A DNA stretch of 39,940 bases from a virus. Its lineage: Duplodnaviria; Caudoviricetes. The stretch lies in IMG/VR virus record IMGVR_UViG_3300024187_000006, positions 1 to 39,940 of that record; one strand, given 5' to 3'. Every line of letters begins with the position of its first letter. Position 1 is the stretch's first letter. This document shows, piece by piece, positions 17,298-25,603 of this stretch. Below the pieces are notes generated by a model, which ran no database searches, was not told the DNA's origin, and was given only the letters and a program-made list of their open reading frames with translations. Position numbers and translations under genes: made by a program.

Positions 17298-17891
17298 TTA
17301 CGCCTTACCCAAGATCTGCCAGTAGTACATCGGCGGATTTTGGCCGATCTTGCCCAGGAACTCGTACTCCACACCATCCTGGTTGAAGTGGTCGCCCTTG
17401 TTGAATACGTTCTCGGCGCCGTTGATCACGTTGTACTGACCTTCCGCGTTTGCACGCAGGCCGACGTAATCGACGGTGGTGTTCGGTCCGGTGTATGGCG
17501 GCCAGTCCGCCGGATTCGCGCTCACCAAGCCGGTGTGCGTGGTCCCGTCGTAATCGGGGATCACGCCAGTGGGATCATGATCGCCCGGCCGCATGGTCGT
17601 GTAGTCTTCCGGTTTCTCTCCTACGTAGGAAAACTTTTCGTACCCGCCCGCGATGAGTGCCGCAATCCAGGCGTCCGGAGCCATACCGGTAAGATCGGCT
17701 TGGGTCACTTTCTCGCCGTTCGCGGCCATTCGTTCGCCGGCGAGTTTGCGGGCTTGGCCCATCTTGACCTCGCCATTGAAACCGAACATGCCGGTCCATA
17801 GGGTGAGGACGACGTCTGACAAGCCGGCGAAGTACGCGCGGTTCAGTTGATCAGTGGGCGAATTGCCCGCAATTTTTGGATGTTGACGCAT
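17298..17891 (-). CDS. hypothetical protein (197 aa) with its own promoter
   Basis: AGGAGA RBS, promoter directly upstream. Confidence 0.85.
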   Translation of the reverse strand: MRQHPKIAGNSPTDQLNRAYFAGLSDVVLTLWTGMFGFNGEVKMGQARKLAGERMAANGEKVTQADLTGMAPDAWIAALIAGGYEKFSYVGEKPEDYTTMRPGDHDPTGVIPDYDGTTHTGLVSANPADWPPYTGPNTTVDYVGLRANAEGQYNVINGAENVFNKGDHFNQDGVEYEFLGKIGQNPPMYYWQILGKA

Positions 17892-17910
17892 TAACGATTC
17901 TCCTGCGAGT

Positions 17911-17939
17911 AGTCTACACGGACGTGCTCAGGTGGTCAA
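17911..17939 (-). promoter_or_regulatory. promoter with operator variant
   Basis: TTGACC-17-TAGACT; CACCTG-AG-CACGTC at 17921-17934. Confidence 0.75.
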
Positions 17940-18109
17940 GCGACTTTCTTTTCGAGGGCTTTCCGGGCTGCTGCTTCAGCAGAGTCTGCAATGAATTGTG
18001 ACACCGAGATGTCGAGCCTCCGAGCAACCCGGCGAATTTGCCGAAGTCCAGCGTCAGAAAAAAACGATGCGTGCTTGTTTGGGCGGGAAACTTCTTTGGG
18101 TTTCTTCAT
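17936..18109 (-). CDS. ribbon-helix-helix (Arc/CopG/DUF1778-like) transcriptional regulator
   Basis: start revised to MKKPKE; HASFFSDAGLRQIRRVARRLDISVSQFIADSAEAAARK fits the RHH pattern; TG-C-TACACT 8 nt upstream. Confidence 0.7.
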   Translation of the reverse strand: MKKPKEVSRPNKHASFFSDAGLRQIRRVARRLDISVSQFIADSAEAAARKALEKKVA

Positions 18110-18131
18110 ACCCGAAGAGTGTAGCACGTGC

Positions 18132-18452
18132 TCATGCTGCTTTCATCGCGTGCGTGTAGTACTCATACTTGCGCAACGTCTCAATCACGTCCGCCGCCGC
18201 GAAGCGGTCGAGCTGTTTGATGTCAACGATAGAGCCGTCCTGAGCACATTCCCGCGCGAGACGCAGAAGATCACCGCGCCCCGTCGACGTACGACGGGCG
18301 AGCTTGATCACCTGTTCCTGTTGCTGGTGCGTCACCGTTGCCACTCCCCTAATGATCTCTGATGGACTTCGCATTGTCAAAGGTGCACACGTGCGCTTGC
18401 CCATCACGACTAGGATTTTCTGCAGTTCAGATTCGTTACAGAGATTGTTCAT
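18132..18452 (-). CDS. hypothetical protein
   Basis: start uncertain (ATGA overlap at 18452 or an internal GTG after AGGGGAG). Confidence 0.55.
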   Translation of the reverse strand: MNNLCNESELQKILVVMGKRTCAPLTMRSPSEIIRGVATVTHQQQEQVIKLARRTSTGRGDLLRLARECAQDGSIVDIKQLDRFAAADVIETLRKYEYYTHAMKAA

Positions 18453-18676
18453 ATGAACCTTTCGAATATCGGAGAGCCGCATTCTCCGCATTTTCTAGAG
18501 AGCCGCAGTTGTAGTTCGGTGAAGTCAATCGGCGATGCACAGATCGTCCCGCGCATCGCGTAGTAGATCATTCCGCAATAGGAACACTTTGTGCCGTACG
18601 AATTGAATTCCCTAGGCATATGCGCCATAACAAACTCGCCTCGCTCCGGGAAATATCGCACCACCGAGTTGCTCAT
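18449..18676 (-). CDS. small Zn-finger-like protein
   Basis: start revised to MSNSVV; CSYC and CGEC motifs. Confidence 0.55.
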   Translation of the reverse strand: MSNSVVRYFPERGEFVMAHMPREFNSYGTKCSYCGMIYYAMRGTICASPIDFTELQLRLSRKCGECGSPIFERFI

Positions 18677-18682
18677 GTCCAA

Positions 18683-18712
18683 ATAATACTGGACACATGA
18701 GCATGTGCGCAA
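18683..18712 (-). promoter_or_regulatory. promoter with palindromic operator
   Basis: TTGCGC-18-TATTAT-6-ATG; CACATG-AG-CATGTG at 18694-18707. Confidence 0.75.
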
Positions 18713-18725
18713 TCACCCGAAGGTA

Positions 18726-20399
18726 CTAAGGTTTAGAGTTTATTTCCATCCATCTCAGTAAGTCAGAAATGCTCTTATCTGAGATCTGTCCGGTCTGATT
18801 GATGCCGAGTTCCTTAACCTTTTGCGCAAGCCCTTCTTTTAGCTTCGCTGGTGGGAACTGGCGCATTTCTTCTGGTGTGAATCCGCGCTCAAGTAGATGT
18901 TTGCCGAGTGTCTCGATTTTGTTGGCGCGTGCTGCTGACTCGTACACCGGCCCCGCGTCGGCCGCTGGTGCGCCTTCTTTGATGGCTCGATAGTTCGCGT
19001 CGGCCGCTGCAGTTCGCATCGCCGGCGGCATGTCCTTCATGGTTTCCGCCATCGTATCCGGGCGAGTTATTTCCTTGATCCGCTCCGCCGCGGCGTCTTC
19101 CGGAGTCCAGGCGAGAATTGTATCCTTGCCGTTGCGAACATCCGCTAGGATTCGGTGGTGCCCTTCGTTGATCGTGAACCCGCCTTCCGGATTCGCTCGC
19201 AGTTCCGGATGAACGGCATACCCGTTTTTCTGGTATTCCTCGACTCGGTCGGGATAGATCGTGTTTCCTGGGTCACCTTCGATGTGCTCGATAGGCACTC
19301 TCCGCAGGGTCTGAATGCCAGCTTTGCCGGCTTCCCGCTGCGTCCCTTCAATGAGCGTACGAGCCACGTCCGGATTGACGCTCTGCGAGTACGGTATAGG
19401 CCCTTGCATTTGAGGCTGTGGCTCAGGCGGGATAGGCTGCAGTCCGCTGGCTGGTGGTGCCGGCGGCTGTCCGCCCGGTGGCACTTCCGGAGATGTCCCT
19501 CGCGGGATCATGGTCGGTTCCACGTCTGCCGGTGTTCCACGTGGAACAAAAGTACTAGGAGCCATCCTCGCCGGCGGAATTCCTTCCGTATCAGCGGGCC
19601 ACGCCGTTTCTGCATTAAATGCATCGGCCACACGAGCGACACGCGGGTCGACTGGAGGCGATTGGATCCTTGCAGTTGCGGGGTCGAATGCGTTCGCAAC
19701 CCGAGAAACCGGAGTTTCGGCCGGCGGAATGATCTTATCGATAGTCCGCGCTGTCCTCGTGGCTCGGTTTACAAGGTTCATCATATGAGCCACAGGCGGC
19801 GCTGCAGCGCCCGCCACGTCTATCGCCACTCCTGGGATCTCAGGAACGGCTGCCGCGAACTTGAGCGCTGCTCGTGGGGCAGCCTTGGCCGCCTGTATGG
19901 CCGCTTTTCCCGTCGTAGGCAGCCCGCGGACCACTTCGGGGGCTGCCATGCTCGCCATGACACCAACGCCGCCCGCCACATCGCCGCTGTTGATCTTGTC
20001 GGCTGCGTCCTGGGACATTGGCCCAAGGACGGGCGTAAGCGCTGCGATGCCGTGCGCGATCGCGTCTTTGGTCCGACCTTCCTTGTACGCCTTGGTGGCT
20101 TCGGTGTACTCGCGTCCCTGAGCGTTCGCGAGGTTCTTTCCGATGCCCAGCAGATTCTTTGCAAGCGACGTGAATCCGTCTTCGTTGGGATCTTCTGCAG
20201 GTTTGAAGATCTGTTTGATCAGCGGCCGAGGGTCGAAGGCGGAGGCGAAGCGAGCGAGCGCGCCGGGCTTTTCTTCCGTCTTTGGCTGGCTCAATTCGGC
20301 GTGCTGCTTTTGGATCACGCTGCCGATTTGATCATCAGACATCGAGTCCGGAAAAGCGACATCGCCAACACCTTCGATGTGGACGATTTTATCCGGCAT
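18726..20399 (-). CDS. putative ejection (internal virion) protein with ParB/Srx-like domain
   Basis: third of three Ala/Gly-rich genes after gp14-like; FPDSMSDDQI N-terminus; RRVPIEHI...FTINEGHHRILA segment. Confidence 0.7.
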   Translation of the reverse strand: MPDKIVHIEGVGDVAFPDSMSDDQIGSVIQKQHAELSQPKTEEKPGALARFASAFDPRPLIKQIFKPAEDPNEDGFTSLAKNLLGIGKNLANAQGREYTEATKAYKEGRTKDAIAHGIAALTPVLGPMSQDAADKINSGDVAGGVGVMASMAAPEVVRGLPTTGKAAIQAAKAAPRAALKFAAAVPEIPGVAIDVAGAAAPPVAHMMNLVNRATRTARTIDKIIPPAETPVSRVANAFDPATARIQSPPVDPRVARVADAFNAETAWPADTEGIPPARMAPSTFVPRGTPADVEPTMIPRGTSPEVPPGGQPPAPPASGLQPIPPEPQPQMQGPIPYSQSVNPDVARTLIEGTQREAGKAGIQTLRRVPIEHIEGDPGNTIYPDRVEEYQKNGYAVHPELRANPEGGFTINEGHHRILADVRNGKDTILAWTPEDAAAERIKEITRPDTMAETMKDMPPAMRTAAADANYRAIKEGAPAADAGPVYESAARANKIETLGKHLLERGFTPEEMRQFPPAKLKEGLAQKVKELGINQTGQISDKSISDLLRWMEINSKP

Positions 20400-22223
20400 T
20401 TATTTGTTGATGACTTCGATCTTGCCCGTCTGCGGGTTGTACGTGTGCGTGGCCGTTGCGGCTGGCGTCCCGCCACCAGCTACCGTTTTGCCTTTCAGGT
20501 CCTGCAGAGCCTTATCGTACGTCTCTTTGCGGTTGCGCCAGTCCGTGCGAAACACGTCGAGCGCCGCCTTGATCTGCCCCACGGTCGCGCCTTCTGATAC
20601 CGCCTTCTGCATCTCATGGCGTGCGTCATCGGAAAGGACGCCGGCGCCGGTAGGCGAATTCAAGATCCTCGCGAAGTCGGCCTGAACGGGCATCATCGCC
20701 GCTTTCATTGCCGTTACCTTCGTGCTGCCGAATTTCTGTTCGACTTCGCGCAACGGAGTATTCAGTAACGAAGTGCCGAGGTCGCTTACGGCGTCCATTT
20801 TCTGTTCTAGCACCTTCGCGTTTTTCTCGGCCATCTCCCCGAATGGCTTCAGCGTCTCGTACTGCTTTGTGACCGAGTTGAGAGCCAGTACATTCGCGTG
20901 CGCCGCGTTGCCTTCCATCACAGCTTGCTGAGCCGTCATGCCACGCTCTTTGGCGATTTCCGCCGCACGTTTGTACACTTGCCCGAGCAGCATCGGATTG
21001 CGGCCCGCAGGTGGCGGCTGTCCTGCGAGCGTCTTCTCGGCCATCATGTCGATCGCGTCGGCTCCGGGATTCATCGCATTCCCGCGCGCCGTTGCTTCCG
21101 CGCCTGCCGTGTAGATCTTGATCGGAGCCGTCGCCTTTGCAGTCGCGACTGCGGTTTCAGTGCGTCCGATCTGATCCGCTCCGTCTTTCAAGATTCCTGC
21201 GATCGCTGCCGGCGGCATTCCGTTCGCGCGCGCTGTTGCCACTAACCCCCTTGTGCGCTTGTTGAGATCGGCGTGGGATTTAGGATCGATTACGCTGTCG
21301 ATCATCGCAGCGTCGCCTTCCGGGTTCGAAGACTTCGCCGCGGCTGCTTCGATTCCTTTTAGATCGAACTCTGGCTGTTTCTCGACTGGAACCGCTTGGC
21401 GCTGTAGCATTGCGATCGCGTTCGGGTTCCACTGTGGCCCGAGCTCTTTCGCCATCTCCGGATGAGCCTGCAGGAACTGATCGAACTTGGCCTGTCCTAC
21501 CTGGGGATTAAGGGTCTTGTCTTCAAGACCGGCGGTCTGCGCGATCGCCGCGGCGCGTTCCTTCTGTCCGAGTTCAAAGCCTGCGGTTTTTGCCTCGCGG
21601 GATTCTTTCGCTGCAGCCGTGGCGGCCGTCGATTCCTCGACCTTGGCTTTGCGTTCCGCAAGCGCTTGCGCCGCCGCGCCCTTGTAACCGTTCATCCCGA
21701 GTAGGAAATTCTGCGCCGCTGCGTGACCTGGGTACTGCATCGGGTCGAGCCCGGCCGCCTTCATATCCTCGGTTTTGAGATCACCTTTTTGGATCAGGCT
21801 GGAAATCAGCGGAGTCCACGCCTGCGCCGCTTGCTCTTCGGGCTGCTGCAGCAGTGCGTTAATGTGGCCGCCGGCGATGTCGGCGTGCTTGATGTTCGTT
21901 TCGAGCTCATCGGTTTTGAGCTTCTGTAGTTTTTCTTTGGTTTCGATAACGTGCTTTTGCAGCGCTACCACATGCTCAGGTAGCGCGCCGTTCTGAACTG
22001 CGCCCTCGACGGTCTTGTCGAGATCTCCGCCGGCCGCCGCCCATGCTTTGCTGATCGCGTCCTGTGATGCCATTTCGCGACGCTGCCGTTCGATAAGAAG
22101 ATTTCGCTCTTGCGCTTCACCTTGGAGATTCTGCACCTGAGCAATCTGAGCTTGGCGCTGCAGAGGATTCGCGATCTGTACGGGCTGTGGCCCTTGCGCG
22201 ATTGCGTTTAGAAGTCCGCCCAT
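20400..22223 (-). CDS. putative ejection protein (gp20-like position)
   Basis: 607 aa, Ala/Gln-rich helical; synteny. Confidence 0.7.
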   Translation of the reverse strand: MGGLLNAIAQGPQPVQIANPLQRQAQIAQVQNLQGEAQERNLLIERQRREMASQDAISKAWAAAGGDLDKTVEGAVQNGALPEHVVALQKHVIETKEKLQKLKTDELETNIKHADIAGGHINALLQQPEEQAAQAWTPLISSLIQKGDLKTEDMKAAGLDPMQYPGHAAAQNFLLGMNGYKGAAAQALAERKAKVEESTAATAAAKESREAKTAGFELGQKERAAAIAQTAGLEDKTLNPQVGQAKFDQFLQAHPEMAKELGPQWNPNAIAMLQRQAVPVEKQPEFDLKGIEAAAAKSSNPEGDAAMIDSVIDPKSHADLNKRTRGLVATARANGMPPAAIAGILKDGADQIGRTETAVATAKATAPIKIYTAGAEATARGNAMNPGADAIDMMAEKTLAGQPPPAGRNPMLLGQVYKRAAEIAKERGMTAQQAVMEGNAAHANVLALNSVTKQYETLKPFGEMAEKNAKVLEQKMDAVSDLGTSLLNTPLREVEQKFGSTKVTAMKAAMMPVQADFARILNSPTGAGVLSDDARHEMQKAVSEGATVGQIKAALDVFRTDWRNRKETYDKALQDLKGKTVAGGGTPAATATHTYNPQTGKIEVINK

Positions 22224-23389
22224 TAGTAAGCCACCATTGATCCGCCGTAGTTGTATCCAGGATTCACCGAAGGATACCCGAATGGATTGCTAACGCCACC
22301 GCCGCCACCGATTCCGCCACCGCCGCCTGAGCTGCCACCAAACCCAAGCCAACTTGACGGATTCGAGAAGCTCGACATCGGGTTGAACATATTGCCGAAT
22401 CCGCTGATGGCCTGGTTCATTCCATTCGCCGCGCCCATGATCCCCGCCGCTTTGCCTTGGGCTCCCTGCATTCCGAACTGCCCAGCCGCTTCGGTCGATC
22501 CGATGAGTTGATTTCCTGCGGTCGCAGCGCCGCTCAGTCCGAGCCCGCCCGCCGCTGTCGCGCCACTCAATCCCAATCCGCCGGCGGCCGTCGCGCCCTG
22601 CAGTCCGAGCCCACCGGCGGCTGTGGCGCCCTGCATTCCAAGCCCGGCGTTGAACTGTGCGCCGCCCATCGTATTCGAGTTGAAAAGATTTCCGTAATTC
22701 TGTGCTGCCTGGTTCGCCAGTCCAGAAGCCTGCAGACCTTGGCCGCTTGCGAGCGCTGCCGTGTTCGTGTTCGTGTTGTACGCATTCTGCGCATTGTTGA
22801 ACGCGTTCTGATAGTACGTAGATGCGACGCCTTGGCCGTACTGCGTCAAAGCTTTTAGCGTGCCGCCGGTCGCCCCGCCGCCTGTCGCGCCGAGCTGGCG
22901 TTGGAGTCCCTGCAGACCCTGCTGAAGCTGGAACTGGAAGCCCGGCGTAGCTGCCGCCTCTTCCGCAGTCGGAGCCTTGAAGGGATTGTTGACCTGGTTC
23001 TGAAGCGCCTGCGTTCCGGTCCATCCCGTTTGCGTGTATGGGCTCAGATTCTGAAGCTGCCCGCCGAGCAGGTTGCCGGCTACCGTGTTCGCATCGAGCA
23101 CGCCTTTTGAAACGCCGGCTTGACCCGCAGCCGTGGCATCGTTGATACCTTGAACACCAGTTCCGGTTGCCGAGTTGATTCCGGAAACTCCCGCCCCCGT
23201 CGCTGTGTTGATTCCTGTGACGCCGGCGTTGGCTGCCGCGGTTGTGTTGTCGGATGCGGTTTTACCAGCGGCCTGCGTCGTTCCCGCCCAGCCTGTGCCG
23301 GCATTGTTGATGACTTCGCCAGCTTTCTTCGAAGCGTGTGCGCCGAGGATGCCGCCAACAATTGAGCCGATACCGGAGACGATAGGCAT
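22223..23389 (-). CDS. DNA transfer/ejection protein (P22 gp7-like)
   Basis: Gly-rich N-terminus, LSPYTQTG, TPGFQFQLQQG, GTLKALTQYGQGVAS motifs; 11-aa G/A repeats. Confidence 0.85.
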   Translation of the reverse strand: MPIVSGIGSIVGGILGAHASKKAGEVINNAGTGWAGTTQAAGKTASDNTTAAANAGVTGINTATGAGVSGINSATGTGVQGINDATAAGQAGVSKGVLDANTVAGNLLGGQLQNLSPYTQTGWTGTQALQNQVNNPFKAPTAEEAAATPGFQFQLQQGLQGLQRQLGATGGGATGGTLKALTQYGQGVASTYYQNAFNNAQNAYNTNTNTAALASGQGLQASGLANQAAQNYGNLFNSNTMGGAQFNAGLGMQGATAAGGLGLQGATAAGGLGLSGATAAGGLGLSGAATAGNQLIGSTEAAGQFGMQGAQGKAAGIMGAANGMNQAISGFGNMFNPMSSFSNPSSWLGFGGSSGGGGGIGGGGGVSNPFGYPSVNPGYNYGGSMVAY

Positions 23390-23718
23390 TAGCTGTACAC
23401 TCCCGCGATCGTGAAACGATCACCGACCTGAAGCATCGGGCCCGCTATGCCGACTGAGCGGTAATAATCGCGCAACTCGCGCTCCATCGTGCGAACTATT
23501 TGTTGCGCTGCAGGCCGAAGGTACATCTCCGTGAATTCGTCCATCGAAACGCTTAGCTCGGTGACGACGAATTCTTGCAGAGGACCGCCGCCGTACGCCC
23601 TTGGAATGGAGATGAGTTTCTTACCTGGAACCCAGAGCGCCTTCTCAGGGTCGAGTGCGATCGCAGCAGCAGCGCCGCCTAAGAGCCCGAAGAATCCTCG
23701 CCGACTGAGGCTTGGCAT
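23389..23718 (-). CDS. twin-arginine signal protein containing coat-protein-like segments
   Basis: SRRGFFGLLGGAAAAIAL; YLRPAA and VGDRFTIAGVY shared with the coat protein. Confidence 0.75.
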   Translation of the reverse strand: MPSLSRRGFFGLLGGAAAAIALDPEKALWVPGKKLISIPRAYGGGPLQEFVVTELSVSMDEFTEMYLRPAAQQIVRTMERELRDYYRSVGIAGPMLQVGDRFTIAGVYS

Positions 23719-24182
23719 TTGCTCAATCCTAGCAAAATCTGATCGTGAAGTTTACCACCTTTGCGGATACTCTGCCGATCAATGCCGATGTACTCCATTC
23801 CGACAGCCTTCGCAAGACGTAATGCGAGCCGGTTGTAGGTAGGTACTTCCGTTACAATCCGCTCGACTGGCTGCGTTTCCCAGACCCAGCGGAGCATAGC
23901 CTTTGTAGCTTGGACTGTGCGGCCCCAAGCACACGGAAGCAGACAGGTATGGACGTTCCAACGGATTGCTGAGGTCGGCATGAAGCACCACAGGCCCAGA
24001 TACTCTTCGCCCTGATAGCAGGCCACGTACACGATTGCATCGTCCATTCGTGGCATGAACGCTTCGCGGGGTGGCGCGAAGTCGTCGCACATCGCCGGAT
24101 AGATCCGCTCATCGCGGAGTGTCGTTAAGATGGTCGCGTAGTCGAAGAGGCGCGCGAATCGAAACTCAGCGGTTGCCGACAT
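23679..24182 (-). CDS. GNAT-fold protein (P22 gp14/DUF2824-like)
   Basis: VHTCLLPCAWG, ERIVTEVPTYNRLALRLAKAVGM, G.LHDQILLGL; located before gp7-like gene. Confidence 0.85.
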   Translation of the reverse strand: MSATAEFRFARLFDYATILTTLRDERIYPAMCDDFAPPREAFMPRMDDAIVYVACYQGEEYLGLWCFMPTSAIRWNVHTCLLPCAWGRTVQATKAMLRWVWETQPVERIVTEVPTYNRLALRLAKAVGMEYIGIDRQSIRKGGKLHDQILLGLSKCQASVGEDSSGS

Positions 24183-24360
24183 TTTGGATTTCCATTATTC
24201 GGACTGCGACGCGTCCAGGTGACACCATGTCTCGGATGATCTCAGAAACGAACTGCAGATCGTCGGCGCTTGGACCCTCGCCGGGCGCGAGTATGCCCGC
24301 CATCCTCATGGACGCGGCCACGATAGGAAGCAGTTCGATTACTTTTTCGTCGGCTGGCAT
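24166..24360 (-). CDS. 64-aa protein resembling the gp4-like adaptor N-terminus
   Basis: ASMRMAGILAPGEGPSADDL aligns with N-termini of 31911-32639 and 37263-38012. Confidence 0.65.
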   Translation of the reverse strand: MPADEKVIELLPIVAASMRMAGILAPGEGPSADDLQFVSEIIRDMVSPGRVAVRIMEIQNVGNR

Positions 24361-24653
24361 TGAATTACGCTGTCGCGAAACTTCTGGTCATCCAACTGAA
24401 AGCCTTCGCCGCATGCCTTTTCGAGCTTCGCCTTCGCTTGCTGCACGATCTTGTCTTGCTGGGCGAGGAACTGCGCCTGCTCCTGGGCCTGCTTCAGGGC
24501 CTTCTGAAGGTTTGCGTCGATGTAATGATAGTTCGCTAGTTCCTTCCAGTACGCTGCTTGCACGTCCTGCGGAACAGTCGGTGGTTCGTCGCCCACGAAC
24601 ATGAAACACGCCGCGAGTGCTCCTAGCAACACGGAAACTTTCTGTATGAGCAT
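24339..24653 (-). CDS. exported/lipoprotein-like coiled-coil protein (104 aa)
   Basis: start revised to MLIQKVSVLLGALAAC (lipobox-like), 7 nt after TG-A-TACAAT. Confidence 0.65.
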   Translation of the reverse strand: MLIQKVSVLLGALAACFMFVGDEPPTVPQDVQAAYWKELANYHYIDANLQKALKQAQEQAQFLAQQDKIVQQAKAKLEKACGEGFQLDDQKFRDSVIQCQPTKK

Positions 24654-24666
24654 GTGCGCCATTGTA

Positions 24667-25602
24667 TCAGTTATTGGCGAAAAGGTTGCGCCGTTTGATG
24701 TACTCAGGCAGCGGGCCGCCACCGCTGCGGAACGGTCGCGCGAGTTCGATCACCATCTGCGGAATTCGGACGTTCGCATGCACTGGCTGAATTCCTGTTT
24801 CGACGACTGCCTGCGGGATTCGCACATTGGCGTCGACGGGCAGCAACCCGAGCTCGTTGACAGCTTGCGGGATTCTCGCTACTGGTACGGTCGGATCAGG
24901 CAAAGCGTCGCCCACATCTGAGAATTGAACCTGTGTAAGAAAGGAAACGTTCGGGTCTCCGAACCAGCTACCTTGATCGAACGCTGTGCTGAGCACAGGC
25001 GGGCTTCCTGAAGTCGGAAAGAGCGACAGCGGAATGTACTGCCCTGGTTGCGTGCGCGAGTCCGGAATCGCGTCGCCTCCGTCAACGTTCAGGTTGGAGT
25101 TCACGCCGAGGAATCCTATGCCGGTGGCATCCTGCCTGAATCCCATCGTGAGCACGAAGTAGTACCACACGTTTTTGAAGAAATAAGTTCCGGTCTGAAA
25201 TCCCGAGTTCGCAGGGCCGGGCGAGTGTGGTCCGCTTGTCGTCGTCAAAAAGTTCGCCGGATTCGGCCCGCTCTTGATGCTGATGGATGAATCGTTTTCA
25301 CGAACGATCGTAATCACAGGAACAGGGTCACCTGTCGCGCCGATGCAGGAAATGTTGAACTGGAATCCGTTGTTCACTTGCGCGCCGAACGCTACCTGAA
25401 TGTGTCCGAAGTCAGCCGGCGGAAACGGGTCTAGGAAGAGCGGAGTCTGAAGCGGACTAAAGAATCCGTTGCCGAAGTTGTGGCCTGGAAACGCTCCATC
25501 CGAAGCGAATACGGTCGAGTTTCCGAACAGCGTCCAGCCTGTCGGCGGCCCAGTGAATCCAGGCGATAACGCATCCCAGGGATCTGATACGTAAATCGAC
25601 AT
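24667..25602 (-). CDS. putative virion structural beta-sandwich protein
   Basis: 311 aa, aromatic/beta-rich; three C-terminal 18-aa VRIPQ repeats. Confidence 0.65.
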   Translation of the reverse strand: MSIYVSDPWDALSPGFTGPPTGWTLFGNSTVFASDGAFPGHNFGNGFFSPLQTPLFLDPFPPADFGHIQVAFGAQVNNGFQFNISCIGATGDPVPVITIVRENDSSISIKSGPNPANFLTTTSGPHSPGPANSGFQTGTYFFKNVWYYFVLTMGFRQDATGIGFLGVNSNLNVDGGDAIPDSRTQPGQYIPLSLFPTSGSPPVLSTAFDQGSWFGDPNVSFLTQVQFSDVGDALPDPTVPVARIPQAVNELGLLPVDANVRIPQAVVETGIQPVHANVRIPQMVIELARPFRSGGGPLPEYIKRRNLFANN

Positions 25603-25603
25603 G

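Noticed and set aside
19155-20597. 480-aa plus-strand ORF
   Set aside because: Arg-rich antisense shadow of the ejection genes in GC-rich DNA; no RBS or recognisable domain. Same reasoning for most other plus-strand ORFs
22520-23240. 11-aa Gly/Ala repeats in gp7-like protein
   Set aside because: Low-complexity repeats are ordinary for this class of ejection proteins
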